From NCBI GenBank assembly GCA_026025795.1, contig JAPEUG010000028.1, positions 62,001 through 82,919 on the forward strand: a stretch of 20,919 nt of DNA, written 5' to 3'. Below are positions 8,364-18,668 of this stretch, in pieces. Each line of letters starts with the position of its first letter. The first letter of the stretch is position 1. The stretch is from Thelocarpon superellum. Taxonomy: Eukaryota. The position numbers and the translations under genes were made by a program. Below the pieces are notes generated by a model that worked only from the letters and a program-made list of their open reading frames with translations, had not been told where the DNA came from and ran no database searches.

Positions 8364-10772
8364 ATGACATCAGAAGATGCGGCGCCTCTTCGACCGGCCC
8401 CCATGGCGCATGGGGCCCCGGTGATGACCTCTCCCCCGGACTCAGCCACCCTCCAGCTACCTCTGTCCGGCTCGATCCCGTCGTTGCCCTTTCGACCCTC
8501 GAATCCCTCGCTCACCACCCTTTTCGCCTCGACCTCCACTCCGCCCGGCTCGCGACCCATCTCCCCTCTCCGCGGCCGCTCGCCCGCACGTGCGACATCG
8601 GACGGGAAGGCATCCGCGGGCCGGGCCTCAACCCCGTCCACCTCGGTCCTGGACCCCGTCGATCGCGATGATCCTCGGAGCCTGATCCAGCGGGCATTTG
8701 TCCCGCACATCGCCGTCCACGTCTCGGCCGACACGGATGAGATCGCGCGGACGAAGGGCTTTCCCGGCGGCTTCCGTCAGCTGCTCCGCCCTTTTGGCGA
8801 GCAGGTCTTTGGCAAGGTGACCGTGCGGGACAGTGGGGGCGCCAGTCGCGCGTGGGATGATTTTGGCGTGCGCTTCGTCGGCCTGAGCGATGGACTGGGC
8901 GATCCGGGCATGGCCCAACGTCAGCAGACGGTGGCGCTGGCTGAGGCCGTCAACGCTTCTCCTGTTGACCGCACCACTCGCCGCCTGCCCGATCCCAGCG
9001 CGCTTCGTACCGGCGGCCATCTCGGACAGATTGAAGGCTTGGTCTCGCGGCATCTGGCGCACGCCGAGAGCCTTCCCGACCTTTATGACATCGAGCCTTT
9101 GAAAGACCACGGACTGGCAGACCTCCCGTCCGCTGCCCCCAGCTCGCCCTTCTACCAACTCTACCTCCGCCGCCTGCTGTCTGGATTACCGCTGTCGCCC
9201 CATGAGACATTTGCCCATCCCGTGGCATGTATCATCGCCATCAGCTCACGCACGCCGTCGCCGATCGAAGCTCTCCGTCAGCTCTACGACAGCTCGCGAC
9301 GGGGCGAGAAGCGGCTCCCGCCGTGGGTCAATGGAGACTATCTGCGCTACTACGTCTTGATCCACGACGAGGAACACGACGACATTGGCCGGTCGACGGG
9401 CCTCTTCGAGGCGATGAAGCGACACTTTGGTCTCCATTGCCATCTGCTCCGCCTCCGTAGCAGCCACTGCGCCTCCAGCGACGACGACAGCATCCAGGTG
9501 CCGCGATGTGAATGGGTCTCCGCCGCGGAAGAGCTGTCGGAGATTCAGCGACAGGGTAAGGACCGTCCACACCCATGCCGAGCTTGTGGCTGAGACGTAA
9601 CAGAGGGAGGGGACGACGTCGAGGACCCCGGTCCCTACCTGCTCGAGTCAGACGTGACGGCCATCAAGACGTTCGTGCGCGAGATGGTCACGCAGTCCGT
9701 GGTGCCCTTCATGGAGCGCTGCGTGAGCACGTGGAACGACCAGGTGGCGTCACGGCGACGAGGCCTGAGCGGTCGCTTCATGTCGCTCTCGCGCAAGTGG
9801 TCCAGCTTTGGCAGCACCTCCAAGTCGGGCACGGGGTCTGGCTCGGGGGGATCCGGAGGGTCGAGCGGCAACTATGACGCCGTCCAGGCCTATTACCTCC
9901 CCGAGGCGCCCGAGGCCATCATGCGAAAGCTAGCCGACTACGCCTTCATGCTCCGCGACTGGAAGCTGGCGCAGGAGACGTACGAGATGCTGCGGACGGA
10001 CTATAACAACGACAAGGCATGGAAGTACCACGCCGGAGCGAATGAGATGGCCCTCCTCGGCCTCTTGCTGAGCTCGGCCTCGTTGAAGAGCCGGGTGGAG
10101 CCTCTGGACCAGATGTTGGACCTGGCCTCGTACTCCTATCTCACGCGGTGTGCTGCTCCATACAATGCGCTGCGATGTTTGGCCCTGGGCGTGGAACTGC
10201 TGAAGCTGCGAGGGGGACCGGCGGCCGATGATGCGGCGCGATGGTGTAGCCGCACCCTCGAACTCAAGATCCTCGGGCCCACGGGATACGCCCTCTTCAC
10301 CGAGCGTGTGGCGGCCTGCTACGGCGTGCGGAGCAGGGCGGGCAGTAGGCGGTGGGGCGCTCGACGCCGCAAGTCGTCCATGTGGCACATCCTCGCCGCC
10401 GACGCATGGCTCAAACAAGAGACGTACGTACAGGCGAGCAAGTGCCTGACGGCGGCCACCAGATCATATGCCACTCTACCGCGGGAAGAGGGCTTGTCTG
10501 CCTTTCGCGAGATGCAGACCTTTCGAGAGAGTCTTCGCCAGACGTTGGAGGTCAAGATGACATCCGCCAGTTTCGCCGATGGAACGACGATGACGCAACA
10601 CACGTTGACGGCTGAGGGAGGGCAAGAGGGGGGAGATGAGCAAACGGATTCAGGACTTACGATCCGTGCTCGACCCATCGAGAACAGCGTCGAGACAAGT
10701 CCCACGGGCTCGGCACCGAGGGAGACTACCCTTCCTCCCGCGAGTCGCGAGACGTCCACAGAGGCAGCATGA
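8364..10772 (+). CDS. TRS85: TRAPP III complex subunit Trs85/TRAPPC8, about 786 aa; exons 8364-9555, 9604-10772
   Basis: Motifs LLRPFGE, HETFAHPVACIIAISS, YLRYYVLIHD, MKRHFGLHCHLLRL, FVREMVTQSVVPFME, RKLADYAFMLRDW, DKAWKYHAGANEM. A 48-nt intron (GTAAGG...CAG, 9556-9603) contains the in-frame TGA that splits the two track ORFs. Confidence 0.95.
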
Positions 10773-11101
10773 TGAGCTATACATGACGGGATGAATGGAT
10801 GGACGGATGAATGACGTGGAGCGGGCTACGTAGTTTCGGCGCCACACGCATGAGGAAGAACATGGACGTAGCGTTGGGTGGCTGGACAGTCATCCCCTCC
10901 CTCTCCCCTGTCTTGTAGAGTAAGGATTTAGAGGAGTCGGAAGTCTTGATCTTCGCCAATCATGTGATGGATGATGCGCGACCTCGACGACACCGAGAGG
11001 CAGCCGTTGCAGCCCACTCGTACATGCTCCGCTTGAGGTACCTGGTGTCTACAGGCGTGAGATGAAAGATCGACGGACCCCAGCTGTGCGGTCCAGCAGA
11101 G

Positions 11102-12718
11102 ATGCACGAGCTGCTGCGGTACATTCTCGACCATGAGGGGCAATTCCGACGGTACTCTACCCCACCATGCCCTCGCTCGCCCCGCCCAACCCGGGCCGAG
11201 GGAGCGCCCATCAACTGAAGCATACAGTAGCTGATGCAGCATACGACACAGAGCACGACTGCCCTCGCTGTATTCTGATTTCCGCAACCTCCAGACGACC
11301 AATCCAGATGGCTATGTCGCCAACGTCGCGGCCTGGCGAACGGCGTTGGCGGAGGCCACGCGCGCCGGTTACATGCCTGGAGCGGGCGCAACGAAAGACC
11401 TGCTGTCGTTGACGACGGGCGAGGAACTAGTCCGTGCGTTGGAGACGACGGAGTGGGGACGACCGCTTGCGTTGGGCACCGTCGTCGTGAGTAGCCAGCT
11501 ATCACCACGGGTCGGAGACACACTGTTCTCCTGCTGACAGGCGTATGACAGGATGAAGCCATCGCCAGCAAGCAGATGATCCCACTACAAGTCTTCCTGA
11601 CTGCCTCACAGAGCATCTATCGTTCCCCGTGGATGATTCAGCCATGGCAGGTGTTCTCCTGGGGGTTGAAACAGCTCGGACTCGGAGGCGGACGATCCGG
11701 CGAGGACCAGCTCCCCGTGGGTCGATTCGTGCTTCTCTCCAACGTGGAGGTAGACTATGCAATGCCTCTTCCCGATCATGGTCCATGTACGGACTGACTG
11801 ACGACATGATAGGAGTGCGCCAAGACGATCCTCGGCCGGATCTCGCCGACGGACGCCGTGGACCAGATCTACACGCGGGAGATGTTCAGCGCTGAGTTCG
11901 CACGCAGCTTGAATGGCACCAGCGACTTGAGTGAGAGCGACCTCGGCATCATCCTCACCCACCTCTCGCGGGACGAGGCACGAGTCGTGCATGACGGCCA
12001 CACCATCCGATTCCTCCGCCCCGGCGAGACAGCCTCGGCCATCAGCGAACAAGACAGGACGATCGCGTCGCTCAAAACGCTGATCCAGTCGCACGAGCTC
12101 CAAATCGCACATCTGAGCACACGCATCGACGAGCTCTCCACGAAGGCCCGCACCAGCCTCAACACGCACAATAACCGCACGGCAGCGCTCGCGGCGCTCC
12201 GATCCAAGAAACAAGCCGAAGGCGCATTGAGCGCACGCGCAGATACGCTAGCGCAGCTCCACGGCGTCCTCGACTCCATCCGGCAGGCAGCGGACCACGT
12301 GGCCCTCGTCAAGGTCATGCAGTCTAGTACGGGGGTGCTGCGCTCGCTGCATTCTCAAGTGGGCGATGTGCAACGCATGGAAGACGTGGTGGCGGAGTTG
12401 AGGGAGGAGATGGAGGAAGTGGGAGAGGTCGCTGCGGCACTTACAGAGGGAGCGAGAGGGGACGACGTGGACGAAGACGAAGTGGACGCTGAACTACGCT
12501 TGTTGGAGCGCGAGGCGGAAGCCAAGGAAGTAAGCGGAAAGGAAGAGAAGAAGAAGAAGAAGAAGCAGGGGGTGGAAGAGGGAATGGAAGAACAGGTGAG
12601 CAGACTCAATCGCTTATCGCTGGAAGAGCAGGCCGAACCCGAGCCAGAGCCAGAGCCAGAGCCAGAGCCAAAGGCAGGACCATCCCAGGAAGCAGCGGAA
12701 AGAATAGAAGCGAGCTAG
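11102..12718 (+). CDS. CHM7: CHMP7/Chm7/Cmp7-like ESCRT-II/III hybrid (Snf7 family) protein, about 462 aa; exons 11102-11151, 11252-11486, 11552-11749, 11813-12718
   Basis: Spliced N-terminus MHELLRYILDHEGQFRRARLPSLYSDF...NPDGY..N..AW...WGRPLALGTVV. C-terminal Snf7 helices (ALAALRSKK...TLAQL..VLDSI.QA...DEDEVDAEL). Three GT-AG introns with branch motifs keep the frame (1389 nt CDS). Confidence 0.9.
12641..12670 (+). repeat. (GAGCCA)5 coding microsatellite (EP repeat); an (AAG)6 poly-Lys run lies at 12548-12565
   Basis: Directly visible in the CHM7 C-terminal tail. Confidence 0.9.
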
Positions 12719-12834
12719 ATGTGACAAAATGTCCTCTTTACTCCTATTATCCATATCTGTATACATCCATATACCCTGTGCATGGATGTGTATGTGTATG
12801 TGGATGCGAGTATGAACTGATGTCATGAACATAT

Positions 12835-14433
12835 TCAAAAAGGGGTAGACACAAGTCCCCCGCCCCCGCTCCCAGTGTCCGCCGTGTCCACAATCGGATC
12901 TTCCCTGTCCATGTCCATTTCTATGTTCACATCCCTATGCAGGTCTGCGACAAGGACGGAGCGAGAGAGTGGTGATTTGGGCGGAGATTTGAACATGCTT
13001 GAAGATGGAGGTAGGGGCGGGGGGTCAGTGGGCGCTGATGTCGTTTCGTAAGTTGCGTCCACCGTGTCGGTCACCGCGTCGTCTGCCACCTCGCCCGCCA
13101 GGTTGCCCACGCCACCATCCAGTGAAGAATGCTGCGGCTCGGTCCCTGGCCCATTCATGGTAGACTCAGACTCCGACTCTTTCGTCTTGGTTCCCCCCCT
13201 CCTTCGTCGTGCCTGGGCGATCAAGTCGCGGAAGTCGTCTTGATGAGACTTGGCCCACGCCGAGCCGTCAAAGGTCTTTTCCATCACGCTGTTGCCTCTG
13301 TTGATGCCGTTGCTGCCGTGTCCATTGCTGTTATTTCCGCTGCCGAGGCCGTTTCCGCCCCCTCCCCCCCCACCTGACCCGCCAGCTCCATTACCTCCCC
13401 CGCCCGTACCGCCGCCACCGTTGAAAGCCAGTCCACCAGGCACCAAAGACCCCTGGCTGCGTTCCCAGCCATCCAGATCCTGAATCAACTCTCGTCTGCT
13501 CCGTGGCCGCTCGGAATCGCAGTTGGCGTTCCAGATGTTGACCCATTCCGTGTGACGTTTCTCCAACTGCGACTTGGACCCCGTGTTACGGATCCCCAGT
13601 TCGGCGAGTTTCTTCCGCAGCTGACTGTGCGTGAATAAGGAGTAGTTGAGTATGGGAAGTCGTGGCAGTGGTGCGACTGATCGAGGTGGCTTCGAGGGAA
13701 ATTTCGTTGCTGGTCTGACCATGTTAGAGATACACTTTCGTGTGGACCAGCTTCGCTCACTTGGCTGTCTTCCCCCCCTGCTCTTCCTCGCATCGATCCA
13801 GGTGGGCATAGACCTGGTCTTCCTTCATCCTTCGACTGCACATGGGACATGACACCAGTCCGTCATCTACAGCCGTCAGGAGGTAGAATTGTACATAGGC
13901 AATAGAGCATACGTACCCGGGACATAATCATCTCCACTGTCATCGTCTATGACTGTCACGGATTCTCCGACAGTCGCCTCCGTAGCATCCTCGTCCCGTC
14001 GACTCTGTGACCTTGTCTTCCGCATCTGCTTTGCCACATTTCCACCCTCGTCCAGGCCCAGATCATCCGCCTTGCGCTTCTTCGACGACGACGACGACGA
14101 CGACAGTGGTGCATCGCCCACCTCCGACCGTCTCGCAAACAGCAGCGTCGCATCCCTCGCCTGCTGAAAAGCATCCACGATCTCCTGCACAGCGCCATTT
14201 CTCCGCAACTTGATCTCCTGCTCGGCACCGCGACACGTGGGACACTTCCCGTCGGCCGCTAAACACCGGCGGATGCACAGGGAGCAGAACGTGTGCGAGC
14301 ACGACGTGGTCATCGGCGTCGTGAAAAAGTCCTTGCACACTTGACATCGCAGCGCCGCCTCCACGGGGGCGAGACCACGGAGGGGAGTCGAGAGCCAGTC
14401 GGTCGAGTCCGGCACGGAGTGGGCATGGTCCAT
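12835..14433 (-). CDS. RAD18: Post-replication repair E3 ubiquitin ligase Rad18, about 500 aa; exons 14433-13917, 13866-13761, 13714-12835
   Basis: MDHAHSVPDSTDW start, RING (LRCQVCKDFF...CSHTFCSLCIRRCL...CPTCR), UBZ finger in exon 2 (CPMC...HLDRC), SAP domain (LRKKLAELGI...RHTEWVNIWNANCDS). Introns are 50 nt (GTACGT...CTGAC...TAG) and 46 nt (GTGAGC...CTAAC...CAG), and frame is preserved. Confidence 0.96.
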
Positions 14434-14572
14434 GGGTTCGAGAGAGGGGAGGGGCAAATGGGCAGGTGGAAAGTCGTTCAAGACTCCGTGCAATCTTGTG
14501 GTGCTCGACCTCCTTCACTATTGACATGGCTCGAGCACTGACTGTAAGTGAGGCCGGTGACTGCTGACTAAC

Positions 14573-14603
14573 ACGCGTAAATGGGTGCAAGTCGCGAGTC
14601 GCG
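14573..14603. promoter_or_regulatory. MCB-like elements upstream of RAD18
   Basis: Perfect ACGCGT at 14573-14578 and two CGCG cores at 14593-14603, 140-170 nt upstream of the RAD18 ATG. Confidence 0.45.
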
Positions 14604-14886
14604 CATGGCGAGTCTTGAGTACGGCGGACGGCAGCGTCGCGTTGGGTTCCCATCAGGGAGATGTTGGGTGGACCGTCACAGTCGATACGGAGAAGCGCTT
14701 CTGCCATTTTACATGTGCAATGAGAAGCATAAATGGCTATGGGACGTGGGGAAGATCGATGATTTCTATCTTGCATCTCCCAAGATGTCTTTATTCCTGC
14801 ACACGCCAGCAAGCAACGGCCGAGGCAGATGTTGTTGACTTTCGTTCCTCCTTCCACGTCTGGCGCCTGTGCGCTATTCAAACCCG

Positions 14887-15748
14887 TCAATTAATTCGAC
14901 CGCAAGGAAAGGTGTCCGGAGGATTGTCCCAGGGATTTCCAGCCAGGTGGTCGCACGAGCCATCTCCCCGCGTCCCCGCCTGCCGGGCAGTGCAGACGTC
15001 GTAAGTGTACCATGGATTGCCTGGGCTCGTGAGGCACGTTGCATTGGACCCACCGTGGGCTTGGCGGCACTCGTCGTACGTCACGCACGGAGCAGACGGC
15101 AGGTCGACGGTCGTAAGGCTGACCCACGCACAGCCCGTGCTGTTTGCAGAGGCCCGTAGGATGGACAGGGTATCCAATCTGTCTGGAGCATCTGGCGTGT
15201 CGCAGACCTGCAAGCCGCCGCTTGCAAGATTCAGGGTGGCATTGTACCCATCCACGAGTTCTAGCGTCCAAGTCAAGGCATTTGCCTCTTCCACCGAGAC
15301 AAGCCGGCTCAGGTTATCTGCACCGACGAAAGAGTCGCTGCCTTTTTGGTTGTCCGTGAGGTCGATCTGGTCGGTGTCAGACAGGCAGGGCACGTGGGGC
15401 GCCTTCGGTCCCTTGACTCACGATCCGAACCTTCCCCACGTATGTCAGGTTGTCAAAGGGGTAGTTGCTCGCGCTCTTATGATCTGCCGACTCAAATTCG
15501 GGACCCTGGTTCTGGAATTCAAACTTGGCGGGCGTTGGCACACCAACTTTCACAATCTGCTCGCCGTTGCTGGACTCATTCGCCGTATCCGTGGCAAAGC
15601 CTAGCTCAAGACCATCGGCTGCCGAAGCGTCTCCCGCGGTATCGTCGACCGCAAGACGGCTGACGCGAAAGACGGCATGAGAAGATTGGGCCACGGCCAG
15701 GCCCGCCGAAGACCAAATGGCAAAGGCAGAGAGATGGGAGAATAGCAT
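14887..15748 (-). CDS. Secreted protein of unknown function with a Cys-rich C-terminus, about 268 aa; exons 15748-15422, 15366-14887
   Basis: Signal peptide MLFSHLSAFAIWSSAGLAVA. A 55-nt intron (GTGAGT...CTGAC...CAG, 15421-15367) joins two track ORFs in phase 0. Exon 2 has 8 Cys; there are several N-glycosylation sequons. Confidence 0.8.
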
Positions 15749-16760
15749 GTTTTGGACAATGTTGAGAGTGTCAAGTTAGATGCATCTATGAGGAATGGAA
15801 GGCGGTGCCGGATTGTTTCTTTCACTTGCGGGGGACGGTGGCTTTATTTCGTCTCAACATCCATCTTCGTCTCGCAGCCGATAACGACTCACGAGGCTTG
15901 GCCATCCTTCGTATGCCTTGAAAGAGGCGATAGATCTCATGAGGAAATGAAGGCGGTGCACGATCCTGTTGTATGCTACTACGATGGGAAATCAGAAAAC
16001 TTGGATTGGCGACCTGCCGGACGCGATTGAGCAGTTCGGGACTGATCCTCCGGACACGGAAGGTCATCCATGCCAGAGACACCAGCCGTCAGGCACGGCC
16101 AAGAACCGCACGTGTAACCCGCGCATCACGTAATAGCATGCACATCCCAGTTGCTTGTTAGGGTGCGGACTCAAGTCACGGCTTCATTCCGGTAGCCTTG
16201 GAGGCGTCGCTGCATCGCTACGTAGCGCTCAAGGAAGAATGGCCAAAGCCAAGAGAGGGTGAACAGTCATGTTCCTGTGGGGTGATGCGCGACAGGACCT
16301 ATGCGGAAGGAGTCAAAGCCATGGAAAGGGACATGGAGCAAGCAGCAAGATGAAAGATGATGAAGCTGGGGACAAGACGATGATGCCAGCAAACCGGATG
16401 TGTGCTGTGGATGAACTTGTCTTGTGGGTCGGTCGTTTCTGCCACTGTCGGGCAAGCGCCATGATAACGTCTGCCGTACCGTCTGCCGTACGAAGCGCGA
16501 TTGTTACAGCGCTCGCGGAAGACCAGCAGCGATAGGCCCATTGATTGACTGTAGGGTCATAGTCCCCGGGCCCAGCGCTGCTCCACTACTATGCTAAGTC
16601 ACGTGCTGGGGCCGCGCAGCTACTATTCCTAACAGCTGTCAGGTACTACGGTGGCCCGCGGGGTAGACGCACTTTTGGCAACTTGGCTCACGTCGCGTCG
16701 TCCACCGCTTCACGCGATGCGACGTCGGAATCGGCGTATCGGTCTGGGAAACCACCCATC

Positions 16761-18594
16761 ATGGGGGTCACATACAAAGAACACCTGGCTGTCCAGGTCC
16801 TGAATGAAGATCGGATCGTGAGTCTGGGGATTGAGCTCCAATTGAGATGTACACGCTTGCATTGACTGCTGTCCAGGTGACATATCGGTCACTGAGCCGG
16901 GCGTTGAAGGTGCACGTCAATGTGGCCAAGGAGTAGGTCATGTCTGTATGGTCGAGATGATGAGAGCTGACTCGGGGAGAATGCTCTATGACTTTTACCA
17001 ACAACAAGTCGGCCGCAAGCCCGGATGTATCCACGCCACCTACCTCTTGTGCGGCGTGCGACGCTCCCCTCAGGTGCCAGCGGTGCAGATCACGCAAGCC
17101 AAAGATGACGAGGATGAAGCGATGCAGAGCTCTCCCTTTATGAGAAGCTCAGCGGACGGCGAGGAGGTGACTGAGACCATTCCTGTGAGGAGTGTGGTCT
17201 TGGTACGAGAAGACGAGCTGCGGGGTGAGTTGAACGTGAACGAAGGGGAAGGGGGGAATTGATCGGTTGAACTAATTCGGGTGTAGGCGTCAAGGAGTCC
17301 TTTGAGAAGATTGAATCAATTCACATCTATAGCCTTGAGCCGAGTCGACCAAAGGTAGTACGCTTGGGTGGTAAATGGCATGAAATGCTGATAGGCGCTA
17401 GGACATGCAGATGTTCTGCGACGCCAATCGAGAAATCTTCTCGACGTACGTCGACGAGGACCCATTAGAGGTTGGACGACAATATGGAACCATTCAAAAT
17501 CAGCATGTGAAGCGGAGAACCCGCCGTGGACCACCGGCCCAAGCTCCCGTGATGGCACCAAAAGTTATACCGGACAGGGCGGGAACAGGTGTGGGAACGA
17601 GAGGGACGCAGGACAGCACGGACACGATTCCTACGGCAGAGAATCATAAGTCCACGCCAAAGCCCACGACCAAACCTCCGCTCAAGAAAGGAGATTCCGA
17701 CCTTTTCAAATCATTTGCGAAAGCCAAGCCCAAGGCGAAGAAGGTAGGATGCTCGCTCCTCGACGCATGACACATGCTGATCGAAGATAGGCGGCGCCGA
17801 GCGGTCCGGAAGATGGTGGGTTCCCAAAGGGGTGGAGACAGGAGTGGGCTAACGAGGCAATAGAGCCCATGAAAGATGCATCGGAAGACGAACAAGAAGA
17901 AGATCTCCTCATCCCGAAGAGGGAGACGCAGGGAGAAACGAAGGCTCAGCGTGAGGAACGCCTGCGTCAGATGATGGACGTTGACGGTGTGTGCAATCGG
18001 AAGGCAAGCGGGGATGTCTGGGGAGAGTAGGGGACTGACGTCTCAGATGAGCCAGCAGAAGAACCAGTCGACTCGGAAGAGGACCGCGAGGAAGAAGAAG
18101 AGGAAGAAGAGGAAGAAGAAGGAGAAGCAGACACGGATACAAAGACCGCCGAGCCGGAGATGGGAACGGCAGAAACAGCAGCAGCAGCCGCAGCAGAAGC
18201 ACCACCGTCAACGGCGGTATCGAGCAACGGACGACGACGAGGAAAACGCCGGGTGACGAGAAAGAAGACGATGAAGGACGAAGAGGGGTATCTAGGTAAG
18301 ACAGACAGGCCGACGATGGAGACACCGGCACCGGGGCGGCTTGGTGGACGTGGTCGTGGGAATGCACGCTGACGTATGCGGTTGGGTTGGAATCTAGTAA
18401 CGCGCGAAGAACAAGTGTGGGAATCCTTTTCCGAAGACGACGTCGTCCCCACTGCTCCCTCGTCGACCAACACCTCTGCCAAGGGCTCGACGGGTACTGG
18501 AACTGGATCGGCGGGAGGAACAGGAGGAAGTGGAGGGACGAAAAAGGGAAAGGCCGGACAGGGTAATCTCATGGCTTGGTTTGCCAAGAAGTGA
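16761..18594 (+). CDS. POL32: DNA polymerase delta subunit 3 (Pol32/Cdc27/POLD3), about 453 aa; exons 16761-16817, 16877-16932, 16980-17224, 17287-17354, 17402-17743, 17791-17815, 17864-17986, 18047-18295, 18398-18594
   Basis: Spliced product has VTYRSLSRALKVHVNVAKEMLYDF, IHATYLLCG, SIHIYSLEP, YGTIQN, GRRRGKRRVTRKKTMKDEEGYLVTREEQVWESFSED and C-terminal PIP box QGNLMAWF. The exon sum of 1362 nt is in frame. Exon 5-7 boundaries are the least certain. Confidence 0.92.
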
Positions 18595-18668
18595 CACCCC
18601 CATTCATCTACTCCGTCTATGCACGTATGTGCTATGTATGGATGAGAGAGGCTGAGATGAGTGGAGAA

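Noticed and set aside
9591..9593. In-frame TGA in TRS85 as readthrough, selenocysteine or pseudogene
   Set aside because: It lies inside a canonical 48-nt intron.
14526..14618. Plus-strand ATG followed by GTAAGT...CTGACTAAC...AAG intron-like signal upstream of RAD18
   Set aside because: The spliced frame stops after about 14 codons; a divergent non-coding transcript cannot be supported without RNA data.
7558..15090. Similarity of CVYDEC (102-aa protein) and CVTYDEC (268-aa protein)
   Set aside because: Only 5-6 residues; the surrounding Cys spacing does not align.
16267..16541. Short ORFs and an 11-bp direct repeat (GTCTGCCGTAC x2) upstream of POL32
   Set aside because: No coding features or family resemblance; the repeat is too short to indicate an element.
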